From positions 128,001-192,000 of IMG/VR virus record IMGVR_UViG_3300021979_000004: a stretch of DNA of 64,000 nt, one strand, 5' to 3'. Shown here piece by piece: positions 47,618 to 57,451 of this stretch. Made by a program: the position numbers and the translations under genes. The stretch's first letter is position 1; each line of letters begins with the position of its first letter. Under the pieces are notes generated by a model. It was not told the origin of the DNA. It saw only the letters and a list, made by a program, of their open reading frames with translations, and searched no databases. The stretch comes from a virus. Taxonomy: Duplodnaviria > Caudoviricetes.

Positions 47618-48077
47618 ACTCACTATCGAATTAGTACCGTCCACATCATGGTTTAACAATATTCGTGATATGGTATCTCAGTCTGATTGGGATACCATTA
47701 AGTCCCTGACGTTTAAACATGCTGGATATAAATGTGAAATCTGTGGTGGTAAAGGCCCTAAATGGCCGGTTGAATGTCATGAAATTTGGAAGTATGATGA
47801 TGTTAACAATGTACAGAAGCTAGTTAGAACAATTGCTCTTTGTCCTGATTGCCATGCATGTAAACACATTGGGTTTCAGATGACTAAGATGCCTAAGCGT
47901 GTCCCAAGGCTCCTGAATCACTTCTGTAACGTCAATGGTATAAGCGCTAAGGAAGCCGAGGACTATATTGTCGAATGCTTTCAGGAGCATCACAGGCGTT
48001 CCCAAGAGCGATGGGAAGTGGATGTGTCATGGATAAAAAACAGATTTCCAAATATGACTTTTAAAGAAGATAGGTGA
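47604..48077 (+). CDS. HNH endonuclease-family protein
   Basis: CEICGG, ECHEIW, ALCPDCHACKH. Confidence 0.85.
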   Translation: MPNYKLTIELVPSTSWFNNIRDMVSQSDWDTIKSLTFKHAGYKCEICGGKGPKWPVECHEIWKYDDVNNVQKLVRTIALCPDCHACKHIGFQMTKMPKRVPRLLNHFCNVNGISAKEAEDYIVECFQEHHRRSQERWEVDVSWIKNRFPNMTFKEDR

Positions 48078-48080
48078 AAT

Positions 48081-49229
48081 ATGAAAAGAAAGCCTTCGAT
48101 TGATATTATGTATTGCTATGATGCGATGTACCCACATCTTTCAGATCAGAGTATTGATCCAACTGAATATCCGTACATGATGATCATAGCTTTACACGAC
48201 AAAGATTCTAGTCAAATGGTTGAAAAGCCAGAATTGTCCAAGAAAGAAAGTGGCTTTTATCTTAATACACATAACCTGTCGCCTACAACATTCAATCTAA
48301 TGAATATTACATCACACCAAGCTAAAAGTGATGTGATTCCATTGAGTGAGGTTAAACCAAAAATTCTTAAAACATTGGACTCTTCGTTTAAACGCGGTGA
48401 TCAAATGTGTGATACTTTTCGCTTGGAACTTCGTGAAGTAGCAACGCGTGACGAAGACTATCATTCGTTGAGAGAACATATTAATTCCCTAGAGACTACT
48501 AAGAAAGAAAAGTATCTATATGCTACCAGAGCTAATGGTATCGATCTTGATGATAGCAACTATCGTATCCGTAGTATCGGTGGGGGAGCAATTTCTTTAG
48601 ACGATAAGTATGTGGACAATAATAATGTTGTTATTTTTGATCCACGTAATTATTACAGTTATATGTTTGATAAGCGTTTTGAAAAACGTGTTCTTAAAGA
48701 TATCGAACATGATGTACTTCGGGTATGTGAAGTTTATCAGTACATTGAACATACTAATTTAAACTCTGCTTCAAAGTTTGAAACTCGTAAGTTCTTTGCA
48801 CATGTTTTAGTGTTTAAGTCTCGTACACGCATGGAAGACTATGGTCGTTACTTTATGAAAAAGTATGATCGTGACTGTCATTTTGGTATGCATTCTTCTG
48901 TAGATGATCCGGTTAATAACCGTGTACGTAAACTTCGTACTCTAAAGGGTGACCTTAACATTACTACTGGTCGTGTCTCTAATAAAGCAAAGTCTTATCA
49001 AGTAAACTTTGATTGGGACTATGTACTTTGTGAAGATATGTACGACGATATAATGAAGGAAATTAACGAAGGAACTTTCTATACTGATAAAAAGATTGGT
49101 AAAAATACCCAGAAGTTAGAAGAAGCACCAATTTATATCGATGAAGAAAAGTTCATAAATAAAATGAAGCTCCAAACAAAATGGAAACGATGTATTTCGT
49201 CTATAGTAGTTAATGACCAAGAACAATAA
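48081..49229 (+). CDS. Hypothetical protein
   Basis: 382-aa ORF. Confidence 0.65.
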   Translation: MKRKPSIDIMYCYDAMYPHLSDQSIDPTEYPYMMIIALHDKDSSQMVEKPELSKKESGFYLNTHNLSPTTFNLMNITSHQAKSDVIPLSEVKPKILKTLDSSFKRGDQMCDTFRLELREVATRDEDYHSLREHINSLETTKKEKYLYATRANGIDLDDSNYRIRSIGGGAISLDDKYVDNNNVVIFDPRNYYSYMFDKRFEKRVLKDIEHDVLRVCEVYQYIEHTNLNSASKFETRKFFAHVLVFKSRTRMEDYGRYFMKKYDRDCHFGMHSSVDDPVNNRVRKLRTLKGDLNITTGRVSNKAKSYQVNFDWDYVLCEDMYDDIMKEINEGTFYTDKKIGKNTQKLEEAPIYIDEEKFINKMKLQTKWKRCISSIVVNDQEQ

Positions 49230-50443
49230 TGATACCGAAGGGTGACTATCTAAATATTTTACCAGAGTTTAATACCCCAACCAATTTGGGGTATGATGAA
49301 CTTTTATATTTCGATTACATCTATGATTGTGTAGATCACACGATGGATGAATACCCTTGTGGTGTTTTTATTACAAAAGGAAATGCTATGTCGGCGTTTT
49401 CATGTTTGTATGACTACGAACCACCCTCAAATCGCTTTAACCACACAAACTATTATTGGAATGAAGACGGTAAGTATGAAGAGTTAACCGTCCCATTGTT
49501 CTATGTATCACGTTCTGGCGTACCTTTACCTGCAAACAAAGTTCCTGATTATCTTTTCTCACATGGAGTACATAAGTATCAAAACCTAACTGAAGAATTC
49601 AAAGTAAAAGAGGATGGATTCTATCAGATGATTCAAGGTTCAACAAAACCAATTGATAAGATATTCCCCAAGTTCGCAAGAATAAAAACACAATGGCACG
49701 ATAACAGTTTTAATGATTTTAAGTTTCAAAACTTAATTGACTCTCAATTTTATAGAATTCATTTCTTAGACGACACACATGTAAATCATCATTTCAAACA
49801 TGGTGATATATATGATTACTGCGAGAAGTATTGTTTTATTTACAATCAAGATCATGACTTATCTTATATGATTGATCCTGAGTTAATATCATACTTAAAT
49901 GATAATTTTGATTATAAAATAGAACCGTTTATAGTTGATGATGAAAACTATAAAGACTTCACCCCCACTATGCAGTTTCATTCAATATTCTTAAAGAATG
50001 ATGATGACTTATATAAACTAAAAGATTATATGAAAAGGAAACGGTGGAACTGTGTACCATTTCATAGTAGTAAATCTGATGATTTAACTAATCAGTTTTT
50101 TATAAAAAACTATGGCCTTGTATATAAAAATAATTGTGATAGAGGATTGTGTAAGTTTGTGGTATTAGACGATCATCGATTTACTAAGAATGAGTTTGCC
50201 ATAGGGTTTGATAGGCTTAGAAAAACGAATCGACTCATACAAAGCTTCATGAGTAAGAATCTCATATGGGAATTCTTTGAAACCTTTATGCCTGAAAGTC
50301 ACAAACATATCTATGATAATACTTATGGAACTAATGAAAAGTTTTTCAGGCGTATGAAGATACACAATTATAAAGACGCAGATTATATTACTCATATCTA
50401 CATTAATAAATACCTTTTAGATTTAAAAGGAAAAAATAAATGA
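49229..50443 (+). CDS. Hypothetical protein
   Basis: 404-aa ORF, TAATG coupling. Confidence 0.65.
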   Translation: MIPKGDYLNILPEFNTPTNLGYDELLYFDYIYDCVDHTMDEYPCGVFITKGNAMSAFSCLYDYEPPSNRFNHTNYYWNEDGKYEELTVPLFYVSRSGVPLPANKVPDYLFSHGVHKYQNLTEEFKVKEDGFYQMIQGSTKPIDKIFPKFARIKTQWHDNSFNDFKFQNLIDSQFYRIHFLDDTHVNHHFKHGDIYDYCEKYCFIYNQDHDLSYMIDPELISYLNDNFDYKIEPFIVDDENYKDFTPTMQFHSIFLKNDDDLYKLKDYMKRKRWNCVPFHSSKSDDLTNQFFIKNYGLVYKNNCDRGLCKFVVLDDHRFTKNEFAIGFDRLRKTNRLIQSFMSKNLIWEFFETFMPESHKHIYDNTYGTNEKFFRRMKIHNYKDADYITHIYINKYLLDLKGKNK

Positions 50444-50706
50444 AGAATATAATCAATATACTTATAAAAGGTTTTAGTGATAATCACGAAAAAGATTACA
50501 TTGATGTTGTCATTTCAATGATCGAATCTAAAACAGGAATGTCTGAGGATGAGATTCTAGAGAAAGCATATCAGTATTGTAGTGATAAAGGTAAGAACGT
50601 CCACGATAAGAATACACTGGAATGGTGTTTCGTTGATTTCGACATTCATGAATTCGGTGACGTAAAACCTCATAAAAGAGCAAAAGACTTCTTGAACTAT
50701 CTCTGA
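50440..50706 (+). CDS. Hypothetical protein
   Basis: Coupled ORF. Confidence 0.55.
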   Translation: MKNIINILIKGFSDNHEKDYIDVVISMIESKTGMSEDEILEKAYQYCSDKGKNVHDKNTLEWCFVDFDIHEFGDVKPHKRAKDFLNYL

Positions 50707-50747
50707 TCTTTTGATATATTGGGGTATCATTGTAAGAGGATATTTGT

Positions 50748-51185
50748 ATGACCCTTAGTGAACTTGTATATCATAGAAATCAATACGCTGCTAATCAAAA
50801 TGTAGCACTATATCTAGTAGCTGCGACTCTCATTCTCACTGCGGTATTCCCATATGCTTTCTATCCAGTAACGTATGTGTTTGGTATAATTGCCGCCATT
50901 GGTATTATGTCAGTTTCAAATCTTTCATACTTCATTGCTATTCGAAAAGCATTTAAACGTTACAAAACATCCGGTCTGGTAAGCTATAAGATGGCAACCC
51001 TGTTGGGGGCATACTGGTGGCTAGCGTTGGGACTGATGATTATTGGTACATCGTTGATTCCTACCGTAGGAATTATGACTTCGAAAGTTATTATTTTTGT
51101 AATGCTAATGTATTGTATCTACATTGAATCTGAAGTTATGATTTCAGACAATGAGGTTTTCCCTGTAAAAGTTGGCGGTGACTAA
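50748..51185 (+). CDS. Four-TM membrane protein
   Basis: Four hydrophobic segments; GAGGA RBS. Confidence 0.65.
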   Translation: MTLSELVYHRNQYAANQNVALYLVAATLILTAVFPYAFYPVTYVFGIIAAIGIMSVSNLSYFIAIRKAFKRYKTSGLVSYKMATLLGAYWWLALGLMIIGTSLIPTVGIMTSKVIIFVMLMYCIYIESEVMISDNEVFPVKVGGD

Positions 51186-51186
51186 T

Positions 51187-51588
51187 ATGGATAATGTATC
51201 AGACGTAAAAGAATCTTTATCAAGGCAAAACCGAAAAATTGGTATGGTAATCGCTATCATACTATCTTCATTACTAATTGATATGGCTATGACTCAAACT
51301 ATATTCCTGACGTTATTGTTGGGTATTCTAGGACTTGGTATTCTTGCACACATCTGTTTTAAGAAATGGTGGATACTAAAACAAAACTCACATTTGTTTG
51401 AAATCTATGATTCGAATTACAACAAAGCTAAGTATTACAATGTACTTTGTGGTATAACTGTTTTGCTGGTTATTCTTATTGTTCTATTCAGTTCAATCAG
51501 TGGGCTTTTCTATATTGCGATTGCTTTGGGTCTATTCTTCGGTGTTGTGTTTCAAGATGCCGGGGAATGTGAACGCAATCTGAAATAA
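51187..51588 (+). CDS. Four-TM membrane protein
   Basis: Four hydrophobic segments; start may be 51172 or 51187. Confidence 0.6.
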   Translation: MDNVSDVKESLSRQNRKIGMVIAIILSSLLIDMAMTQTIFLTLLLGILGLGILAHICFKKWWILKQNSHLFEIYDSNYNKAKYYNVLCGITVLLVILIVLFSSISGLFYIAIALGLFFGVVFQDAGECERNLK

Positions 51589-51636
51589 TCATTACTCCTA
51601 AGTTTAATAAATAAAGTAAAGACTTAGGAGTATAAA

Positions 51637-52995
51637 ATGCATAACTTATCGTCATTTGTGGAATCGGTTTCTTCTCTTTACGAAGGTGTTTCTTTTGGAG
51701 AAAAACAGATCAATGACATCCTTTCCCGTTCAAATGATTTCAATGTTGGTATAGAATATGAAATGCGTTTTGAAGAAGGTGTAGGCGCGGAACAAGTTAT
51801 CGATATTCTAAACAAATATAATATTGAATATGATTCCGTTGTCACTGAGCATGACGATATGATGGAAATTATCACACCAAAGTTCTCTCTGTCTGAGGGA
51901 ATATCTCACATCAAATCTATGTTTTCTCTAATCAAATCCGAAGGTATTGAAGTACCTGAAATGGCAGGTATGCATATTTCTATTTCAACAAATAAGTACA
52001 GCCTTGAGGATTTCAACCATCTAAAGTTTTTAATTCTATTAGACAGTGATTACGTTCACAGTATATTTCCAGAAAGGGAACATGTTGTAAACTATAACAA
52101 GTATATAAAAACTATGTTACAGAATCTACCTAGTAGTTTGATGAGAACAAAGAAAGATGTAGAAAATATAGAATGGCGTGTAATGACTGAACTTGACACT
52201 GCAAAATATGTTACTGCGGCTGTCAAGGATTTCTTTACCAGTGACGGTAGAATAGAGCTACGCTTTATAGGCGGTGAAAACTATGATCAAATGTATGATG
52301 ATATTAAAATACAACTTTTAAGATCATTGCTCCTTATGGAGGTTGCCTATACTGATCTTTATGATAAAGTCTATTATAAAAAGCTTTCTGAGTTTCTTGA
52401 GCAAGACAGTTCAATGGTACGTTTAAAGAAACAAGCGTTTGAAATTATACGTAATGGTACTCCTAAAGAAGCATATCAACTTATAGAAAAAAATAAAACT
52501 GAGTTCATAAGCAATATTGTACCAGAAAAGATTAGAGACAAACTGGAAAATGTGATAGCAAAAGACCCTAAGCGTTCGGTTGCATATGCCAGAAACATTC
52601 TCAATTCAGAATTCAAGAAAGCTGAATCTGTGATAGCAAAAGACCCTGTGTCGGCATTGCTATACGCTATGCATTTAAGAGAGCCATTCCCCGAAGGTGA
52701 AGATGCAATAGCGACTGATGGTGCTACAGCATTACAGTATGCAAGGATGGCATTGCGCGGAAGGTTTGAAAAGGGTGAGAAAGAAATAGCCAAACATCCA
52801 CAACGTAGCTATAACTATGCCAAGCATGTATTAAAGGGTCGTTTCCCTGAAGGTGAAGACGCTATAGCTTCAGAACCAGATACCGCATTGCGGTATGCAA
52901 TCTACGTACTAGATGATCGATTTGAAAAAGGTGAGGAAATGATTAAACGTAGTGATCATTGGGAAGCCTACAAAGAAATGTATATAAAGGATTAA
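51637..52995 (+). CDS. Amidoligase (COOH-NH2 ligase / glutamine-synthetase-like fold) with C-terminal helical repeats
   Basis: VGIEYE, EIITP, AGMHIS, RIELR; about 24-aa RFxxGExxIAxxPxxAxxYA repeats; AATAAATA at 51606. Confidence 0.78.
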   Translation: MHNLSSFVESVSSLYEGVSFGEKQINDILSRSNDFNVGIEYEMRFEEGVGAEQVIDILNKYNIEYDSVVTEHDDMMEIITPKFSLSEGISHIKSMFSLIKSEGIEVPEMAGMHISISTNKYSLEDFNHLKFLILLDSDYVHSIFPEREHVVNYNKYIKTMLQNLPSSLMRTKKDVENIEWRVMTELDTAKYVTAAVKDFFTSDGRIELRFIGGENYDQMYDDIKIQLLRSLLLMEVAYTDLYDKVYYKKLSEFLEQDSSMVRLKKQAFEIIRNGTPKEAYQLIEKNKTEFISNIVPEKIRDKLENVIAKDPKRSVAYARNILNSEFKKAESVIAKDPVSALLYAMHLREPFPEGEDAIATDGATALQYARMALRGRFEKGEKEIAKHPQRSYNYAKHVLKGRFPEGEDAIASEPDTALRYAIYVLDDRFEKGEEMIKRSDHWEAYKEMYIKD

Positions 52996-52996
52996 T

Positions 52997-53791
52997 ATGA
53001 AAATAAAAGATATTTTAACTGAGTCTCGCATAGATAATCTTTCCAAAGAAGAGTTTCAAAAGCTTTTAGAAACGGATTACTCTCAAGCCTATGAGCAATT
53101 CAAGAGAGGTAATGTCCTTTATCGTGGGTTTGGTAGTATGGAGATTGCATATAACCGTTTACAGCCTATGAGAGGACGTGAGAGCATCAATACAAACAAT
53201 TTCTATACGCTGATCATGAACAACGATCCTCGCTTCAGAGAGTTTCCTAAGCGCTCTGTGATTGTTTCTAGTAATAGAAATACAGCCATTTCATTTTCGT
53301 CCGACGATAGTACGTCTGCTATTATTTTCCCTAAGAATGGTGCAAGAATTGGTATGTGTAATGCTCCTGATATATGGAGAGCAAAGCCAGTTGAAGTTCA
53401 GGCTAAAGGCTTTGCGTTTTATGAAATAGGTAGAATGATTGCCAAGCTCTATAAATGGTTGGGTACAAGTCCTGCTATCATTACTGAATATGAAGAAATG
53501 TTAGAAATGCAAAAGAAGTTTGAGCAGATGAAAAAAGAAGACAGTGATGAGTTTGTATTAGCAATGTCACACTATAAAAATCATCTTGAAAGTTACAATC
53601 TTCAACATGCCCTTATCGAAGATTTAATTGAAAAGGGACCGAAAGGATTGTATGAATTAATTAATACCAGTCCTTTTACATTATTTGACGTTTCTAATAT
53701 GAAACCTAAAGAAAATAATGAACTATGGTTTGATGATGAATATCTAGCTATTAGTTTAAGTCTAGCCAAGAAGATGTTTGGGGATCAATAA
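52997..53791 (+). CDS. ADP-ribosyltransferase-like protein with capsid-targeting-like N-terminus
   Basis: MKIKDILTE; LYRG ... IVSSN ... IIFP ... NELWF. Confidence 0.5.
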   Translation: MKIKDILTESRIDNLSKEEFQKLLETDYSQAYEQFKRGNVLYRGFGSMEIAYNRLQPMRGRESINTNNFYTLIMNNDPRFREFPKRSVIVSSNRNTAISFSSDDSTSAIIFPKNGARIGMCNAPDIWRAKPVEVQAKGFAFYEIGRMIAKLYKWLGTSPAIITEYEEMLEMQKKFEQMKKEDSDEFVLAMSHYKNHLESYNLQHALIEDLIEKGPKGLYELINTSPFTLFDVSNMKPKENNELWFDDEYLAISLSLAKKMFGDQ

Positions 53792-54144
53792 ATCCCCACA
53801 CTTACCCACTCTTTGTTATCCATTCCTTTTGTGATATACATATGGTAAACCAAACCATCCACGTTTAGGTTATAACCGAATGCATCTTCTTTTGTCACAC
53901 AATCTGGATAGCGTTTCTTAATAACGGATTCAAGAAAGCGAACAATTTCTTTTGGTGTACGCGTAGAGTGGGTTACTGTTGCACAATAACGATTCACTTC
54001 ATAACGACGACATAAAGGATCACGTTTAATAGTTACCTTATTCTTGAACTCACAGTTTAGGGAACGATATGTAAGGTTCAGTAGTTTACGTTTTGATCGG
54101 TTACTTTTATTCATAATGTTTCTATACCTTAAGTGTCGGACCAT
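53785..54144 (-). CDS. Hypothetical protein
   Basis: Minus-strand operon end. Confidence 0.45.
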   Translation of the reverse strand: MVRHLRYRNIMNKSNRSKRKLLNLTYRSLNCEFKNKVTIKRDPLCRRYEVNRYCATVTHSTRTPKEIVRFLESVIKKRYPDCVTKEDAFGYNLNVDGLVYHMYITKGMDNKEWVSVGIY

Positions 54145-54649
54145 GCGTCATTGATATTTGATCTTCATCTTTCCATCTATATAAATATGTACCCAACATG
54201 GTGTAAAAGTTTATATACATTCGGGCGTTGAATTCTTTACTATAAATCCTATTATACAGGTCATAGTCTTTAAGTTTCAAGTAGTTTCTATTGAAACTTT
54301 CTTCAACAACAACTTCATAAAGAATATCAAACCTCAAACGATAGAACTGTTTTTCAATATGCATAAACTTAGATAAGAAAGTAGAGATAATCCCTTTTCT
54401 AAGCTCATCGGTATGATAGTTCAACGAAGTGTAAATGCTATCAATTTTTAGCATACCTTCCTCTAACCCTTCGGTTCGTTCACATGTTTGAACGAAAGCA
54501 TTGCGAACAAGCTCTGGTAAATTCATTCGTAAATGGTCAATTACCGCAATAGCTTGACTTTCTTTTAGTGTAATAGTGGAGAAGTTGAAATGTTCTCTAT
54601 GTTCTTCTGACAGTACTAATCTATTAAAATAAGTCATCGATATTGGCAT
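54122..54649 (-). CDS. Hypothetical protein, NxxKLK motif family
   Basis: RNYLKLKDYDLY. Confidence 0.55.
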   Translation of the reverse strand: MPISMTYFNRLVLSEEHREHFNFSTITLKESQAIAVIDHLRMNLPELVRNAFVQTCERTEGLEEGMLKIDSIYTSLNYHTDELRKGIISTFLSKFMHIEKQFYRLRFDILYEVVVEESFNRNYLKLKDYDLYNRIYSKEFNARMYINFYTMLGTYLYRWKDEDQISMTHGPTLKV

Positions 54650-55085
54650 CTATTATTGAACGAAAAATGGTACTATGAAGCATACCTCTCATATATTCGT
54701 TAGAGCATAAATCTTCATAGAATTTTGAGTCTTTTACCTTAACATAGTTTAACGATCTATGAAAACATAATTCCAATTCTATTTTTACTTCAACATCAAT
54801 CGATTGATATTTTTGAAATATTTTATCTTTCAAAGGCATTGATTCTAAGTGACTATTATTTCTTACAGCATTGTAATCAAACTCAATATCTTTAATAATA
54901 ACATTTGAAATATATTTGTTATTAAAGAATGCATCGTTAATGTAGTGATTTATTCTGTTAATAATTAAATTTTCTTGGTATATTCTGATAAAAGAAAGCA
55001 CGTCATTCAATTTCTTCTTACCCACCGGATAAGGGAAACGAGCGTCACAATTATCAACCAATGAAATTATTTTGGTATCACTCAC
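54624..55085 (-). CDS. Hypothetical protein, NxxKLK motif family
   Basis: LNYVKVKDSKFY. Confidence 0.55.
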   Translation of the reverse strand: MSDTKIISLVDNCDARFPYPVGKKKLNDVLSFIRIYQENLIINRINHYINDAFFNNKYISNVIIKDIEFDYNAVRNNSHLESMPLKDKIFQKYQSIDVEVKIELELCFHRSLNYVKVKDSKFYEDLCSNEYMRGMLHSTIFRSIIDANIDDLF

Positions 55086-55585
55086 AGTTTAAATATTCTC
55101 TTTGTTTTTTCATGACCGAAAATAAATTCTTCAACAAACACCACCGGAGATTCCATACCAATTTCACTTAAAATTTCTTGACTATTACTAGTCACTGTTG
55201 TAAAGAATTCCGGCCTCTTAAGTTTTATATGATTCATAGGAATCTTGGTTTTCATAAACAAGGTGATGATAAAGTTATAAGATACCTTGTCGTAATATGT
55301 ATTGAACATAGTATGACGACAGGTATCAAGTTCAGAGATACCACATGAAACCGAAACTTTTTCAATTTCTAACAATTCAGACCCAAAAGGGTCATCATCT
55401 TCTTTAATTAGGTTTGTGAGAAATTCACCCGCGTTTGAAGACATAAATCTAGTGATATAGTCTACTTCACGCTTAGACATTTCTTTGGAAAATCCGTAGG
55501 TAGTGCTACACATGTGATGGCACTTGAAAGAAACTGTACCATCACCATTGTCTTCGTAGCTACGGACGTGTGGCTCTTCAGTCAT
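55082..55585 (-). CDS. Hypothetical protein, NxxKLK motif family
   Basis: MNHIKLKRPEFF; start at MTEEP avoids a long overlap with the upstream gene. Confidence 0.55.
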   Translation of the reverse strand: MTEEPHVRSYEDNGDGTVSFKCHHMCSTTYGFSKEMSKREVDYITRFMSSNAGEFLTNLIKEDDDPFGSELLEIEKVSVSCGISELDTCRHTMFNTYYDKVSYNFIITLFMKTKIPMNHIKLKRPEFFTTVTSNSQEILSEIGMESPVVFVEEFIFGHEKTKRIFKL

Positions 55586-55958
55586 CTTGATTTTCAGATT
55601 CCACGAAGATGTTACGGTTCTTATCGAACTCATAACGAATGCCGTGTGCTTTTGCGCGAAGAATACCATCCAGAGGAATGCGACGGAACGCACCTTTGTT
55701 CTTGGGGTTCTCTTCAAGGTTTTCGTGATCTACCACCTTGTTAACATCATAGCAGGTCAGAACACCATGTTCTTTATCTTGCTCGACACGGTTCCAAGAA
55801 CCATTGGTTCCCGAATCATTCTTTACACCTTTAGACACGCCACGACGAGCAGTCATTTGACGAAATTCGCCATTGGTGCGTTTGATGAATTCTACACTGA
55901 AAAATTCACCATCGTTTACTTCATTTACAAACTGTTGAATTGTGAGGGTCTTAGGCAT
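55578..55958 (-). CDS. SH3/Sm-like small phage protein
   Basis: VEFIKRTNGEFRQM...CYD...FRRIP; TTGACA-18-TAAAAT promoter at 55991-56020 on -. Confidence 0.55.
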   Translation of the reverse strand: MPKTLTIQQFVNEVNDGEFFSVEFIKRTNGEFRQMTARRGVSKGVKNDSGTNGSWNRVEQDKEHGVLTCYDVNKVVDHENLEENPKNKGAFRRIPLDGILRAKAHGIRYEFDKNRNIFVESENQDD

Positions 55959-56061
55959 TTTCGAATCTTTTTATCTCTGATGTTTTAAGTATTTTACCAA
56001 GATTCGTAATCTGTTGTCAAGCATAAATATTTCTAAACATATAGAATAATGGAGATTAACA

Positions 56062-57447
56062 ATGGCAACTTATGATTTTACAGTAAGGGCGCAAGATGAA
56101 ACTGGTGCTTTTTCCGACAGAGACTTTTCAATTCAGGTTAGAAACAACCTAGTAGATAGAATTTTAGCAATTGATTCAGCAAACGCATATGCATCAGTTG
56201 ATGGTACTACTTGGACTGAGCGTACAGGTAAGGGTGGTGATTGGTGTATAAACCTTTTAGGAAAGTGGATCGTTTGTACTTATGCATATTCTTATAATGA
56301 TGCATACAGGGCACATACCGGAAGAGACTATCGTATTTCGGATGATACTATAAACTGGACTGAAGGATTAACTTTTTGGTTAAGCAATGATGCTCCTGAG
56401 TATGATGAACAGGGAACTGAAATAACACCTGCGGGTCCGCTTTATCATCAATACTTTTACCCTACACGTGATCAATTCAGCGTTATAAACGGTAAAATAG
56501 TAATACCATCGATTGTAAATGGAAAGTTATGTATTGTTTATAGTACCGATGCAATTAATTGGTATGCATACGAAAGTGCACAGCCAAGTGATGCTTCGAA
56601 CATGATGGGTATAACGGAAAACGCATTATATGTAACTGGTGATTTATCATATTCGTCTGACTGGTATTCTAGATCACGCCACGGTCTATCAAATATCGTT
56701 ATGCATAATGGAAAATATACTATGATCAATAATCACACAAATACTTTTTATATCAGTGATAATTTAATTGATTGGGAAATGGTTAGTATAAGTAATACCT
56801 CTGACTTAGGCAGTATGAATGTAGCATTAACCAGAACAGGGGCGTCAACCGGATCATCATCTTTCGGATGTCGAGATAAATATTGGTATATATTATCAAT
56901 TAATAATGTATTATGGATGATGGGTCAGCACAATTACATGTATCATTATGAATGGAATACGACTAGTCAATGGAGATTTTATTCAGACAACTACGTGTTT
57001 TACACTACTAATTTAACTGATGTTAATTTCTCTACAAATTACTTAAGAAATAATGATAGCACTTACGATACTTCCGCAAAGTCTAATGGTTATTGGGACA
57101 CGTTTTACTTTTACCCTCCTGATAGTGCTTTCTATGATTCAGCGTCTGTTAATAGTGAACATCGTCATATTTATTATGCTAATGGTGTTATATATGCTTA
57201 CTGCGGCAAAGATATAGTTACAACTAAAACATTAACAAACAATACCAGACAAAACACTGGATTGAATGATAATGGTACAAAAGCAATAACGGGATCATGC
57301 TTCTTTGAAGGTGATATTTATTACGTTCAGAATGGCACTGATACTGGATATGGTGTTAAAAAACTAACAATAAACAATAACGAATATCGTACATCTACAG
57401 ATGTAAGCGGATTACCAACTTCAGTTACTGATATAACTTCGGTTTAA
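56062..57447 (+). CDS. Virion protein: N-terminal Ig F-G hairpin plus beta-propeller/BNR-like body
   Basis: MATYDFTVRAQD..GA.SDRDFSIQV; SxDGxxW/SDDxxxW repeats; CATAAATA at 56022. Confidence 0.6.
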   Translation: MATYDFTVRAQDETGAFSDRDFSIQVRNNLVDRILAIDSANAYASVDGTTWTERTGKGGDWCINLLGKWIVCTYAYSYNDAYRAHTGRDYRISDDTINWTEGLTFWLSNDAPEYDEQGTEITPAGPLYHQYFYPTRDQFSVINGKIVIPSIVNGKLCIVYSTDAINWYAYESAQPSDASNMMGITENALYVTGDLSYSSDWYSRSRHGLSNIVMHNGKYTMINNHTNTFYISDNLIDWEMVSISNTSDLGSMNVALTRTGASTGSSSFGCRDKYWYILSINNVLWMMGQHNYMYHYEWNTTSQWRFYSDNYVFYTTNLTDVNFSTNYLRNNDSTYDTSAKSNGYWDTFYFYPPDSAFYDSASVNSEHRHIYYANGVIYAYCGKDIVTTKTLTNNTRQNTGLNDNGTKAITGSCFFEGDIYYVQNGTDTGYGVKKLTINNNEYRTSTDVSGLPTSVTDITSV

Positions 57448-57451
57448 TATT

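Noticed and set aside
47604-48077. HNH gene as the homing endonuclease of the split inteins or as a mobile element
   Set aside because: It is 36 kb away, embedded in an ordinary operon, and has no flanking repeats or interrupted gene.
52540-52950. Short DNA repeats (GTGATAGCAAAAGACCCT twice, GAAGGTGAAGA) as a recombination or diversity-generating cassette
   Set aside because: They are explained by the 24-aa protein repeats; no reverse transcriptase or invertase is in the window.
55586-55717. 132-nt extension of 55082..55717 overlapping 55578..55958 as dual coding
   Set aside because: An internal ATG at 55585 gives normal short-overlap coupling, so the extension is probably an ORF-caller artefact.
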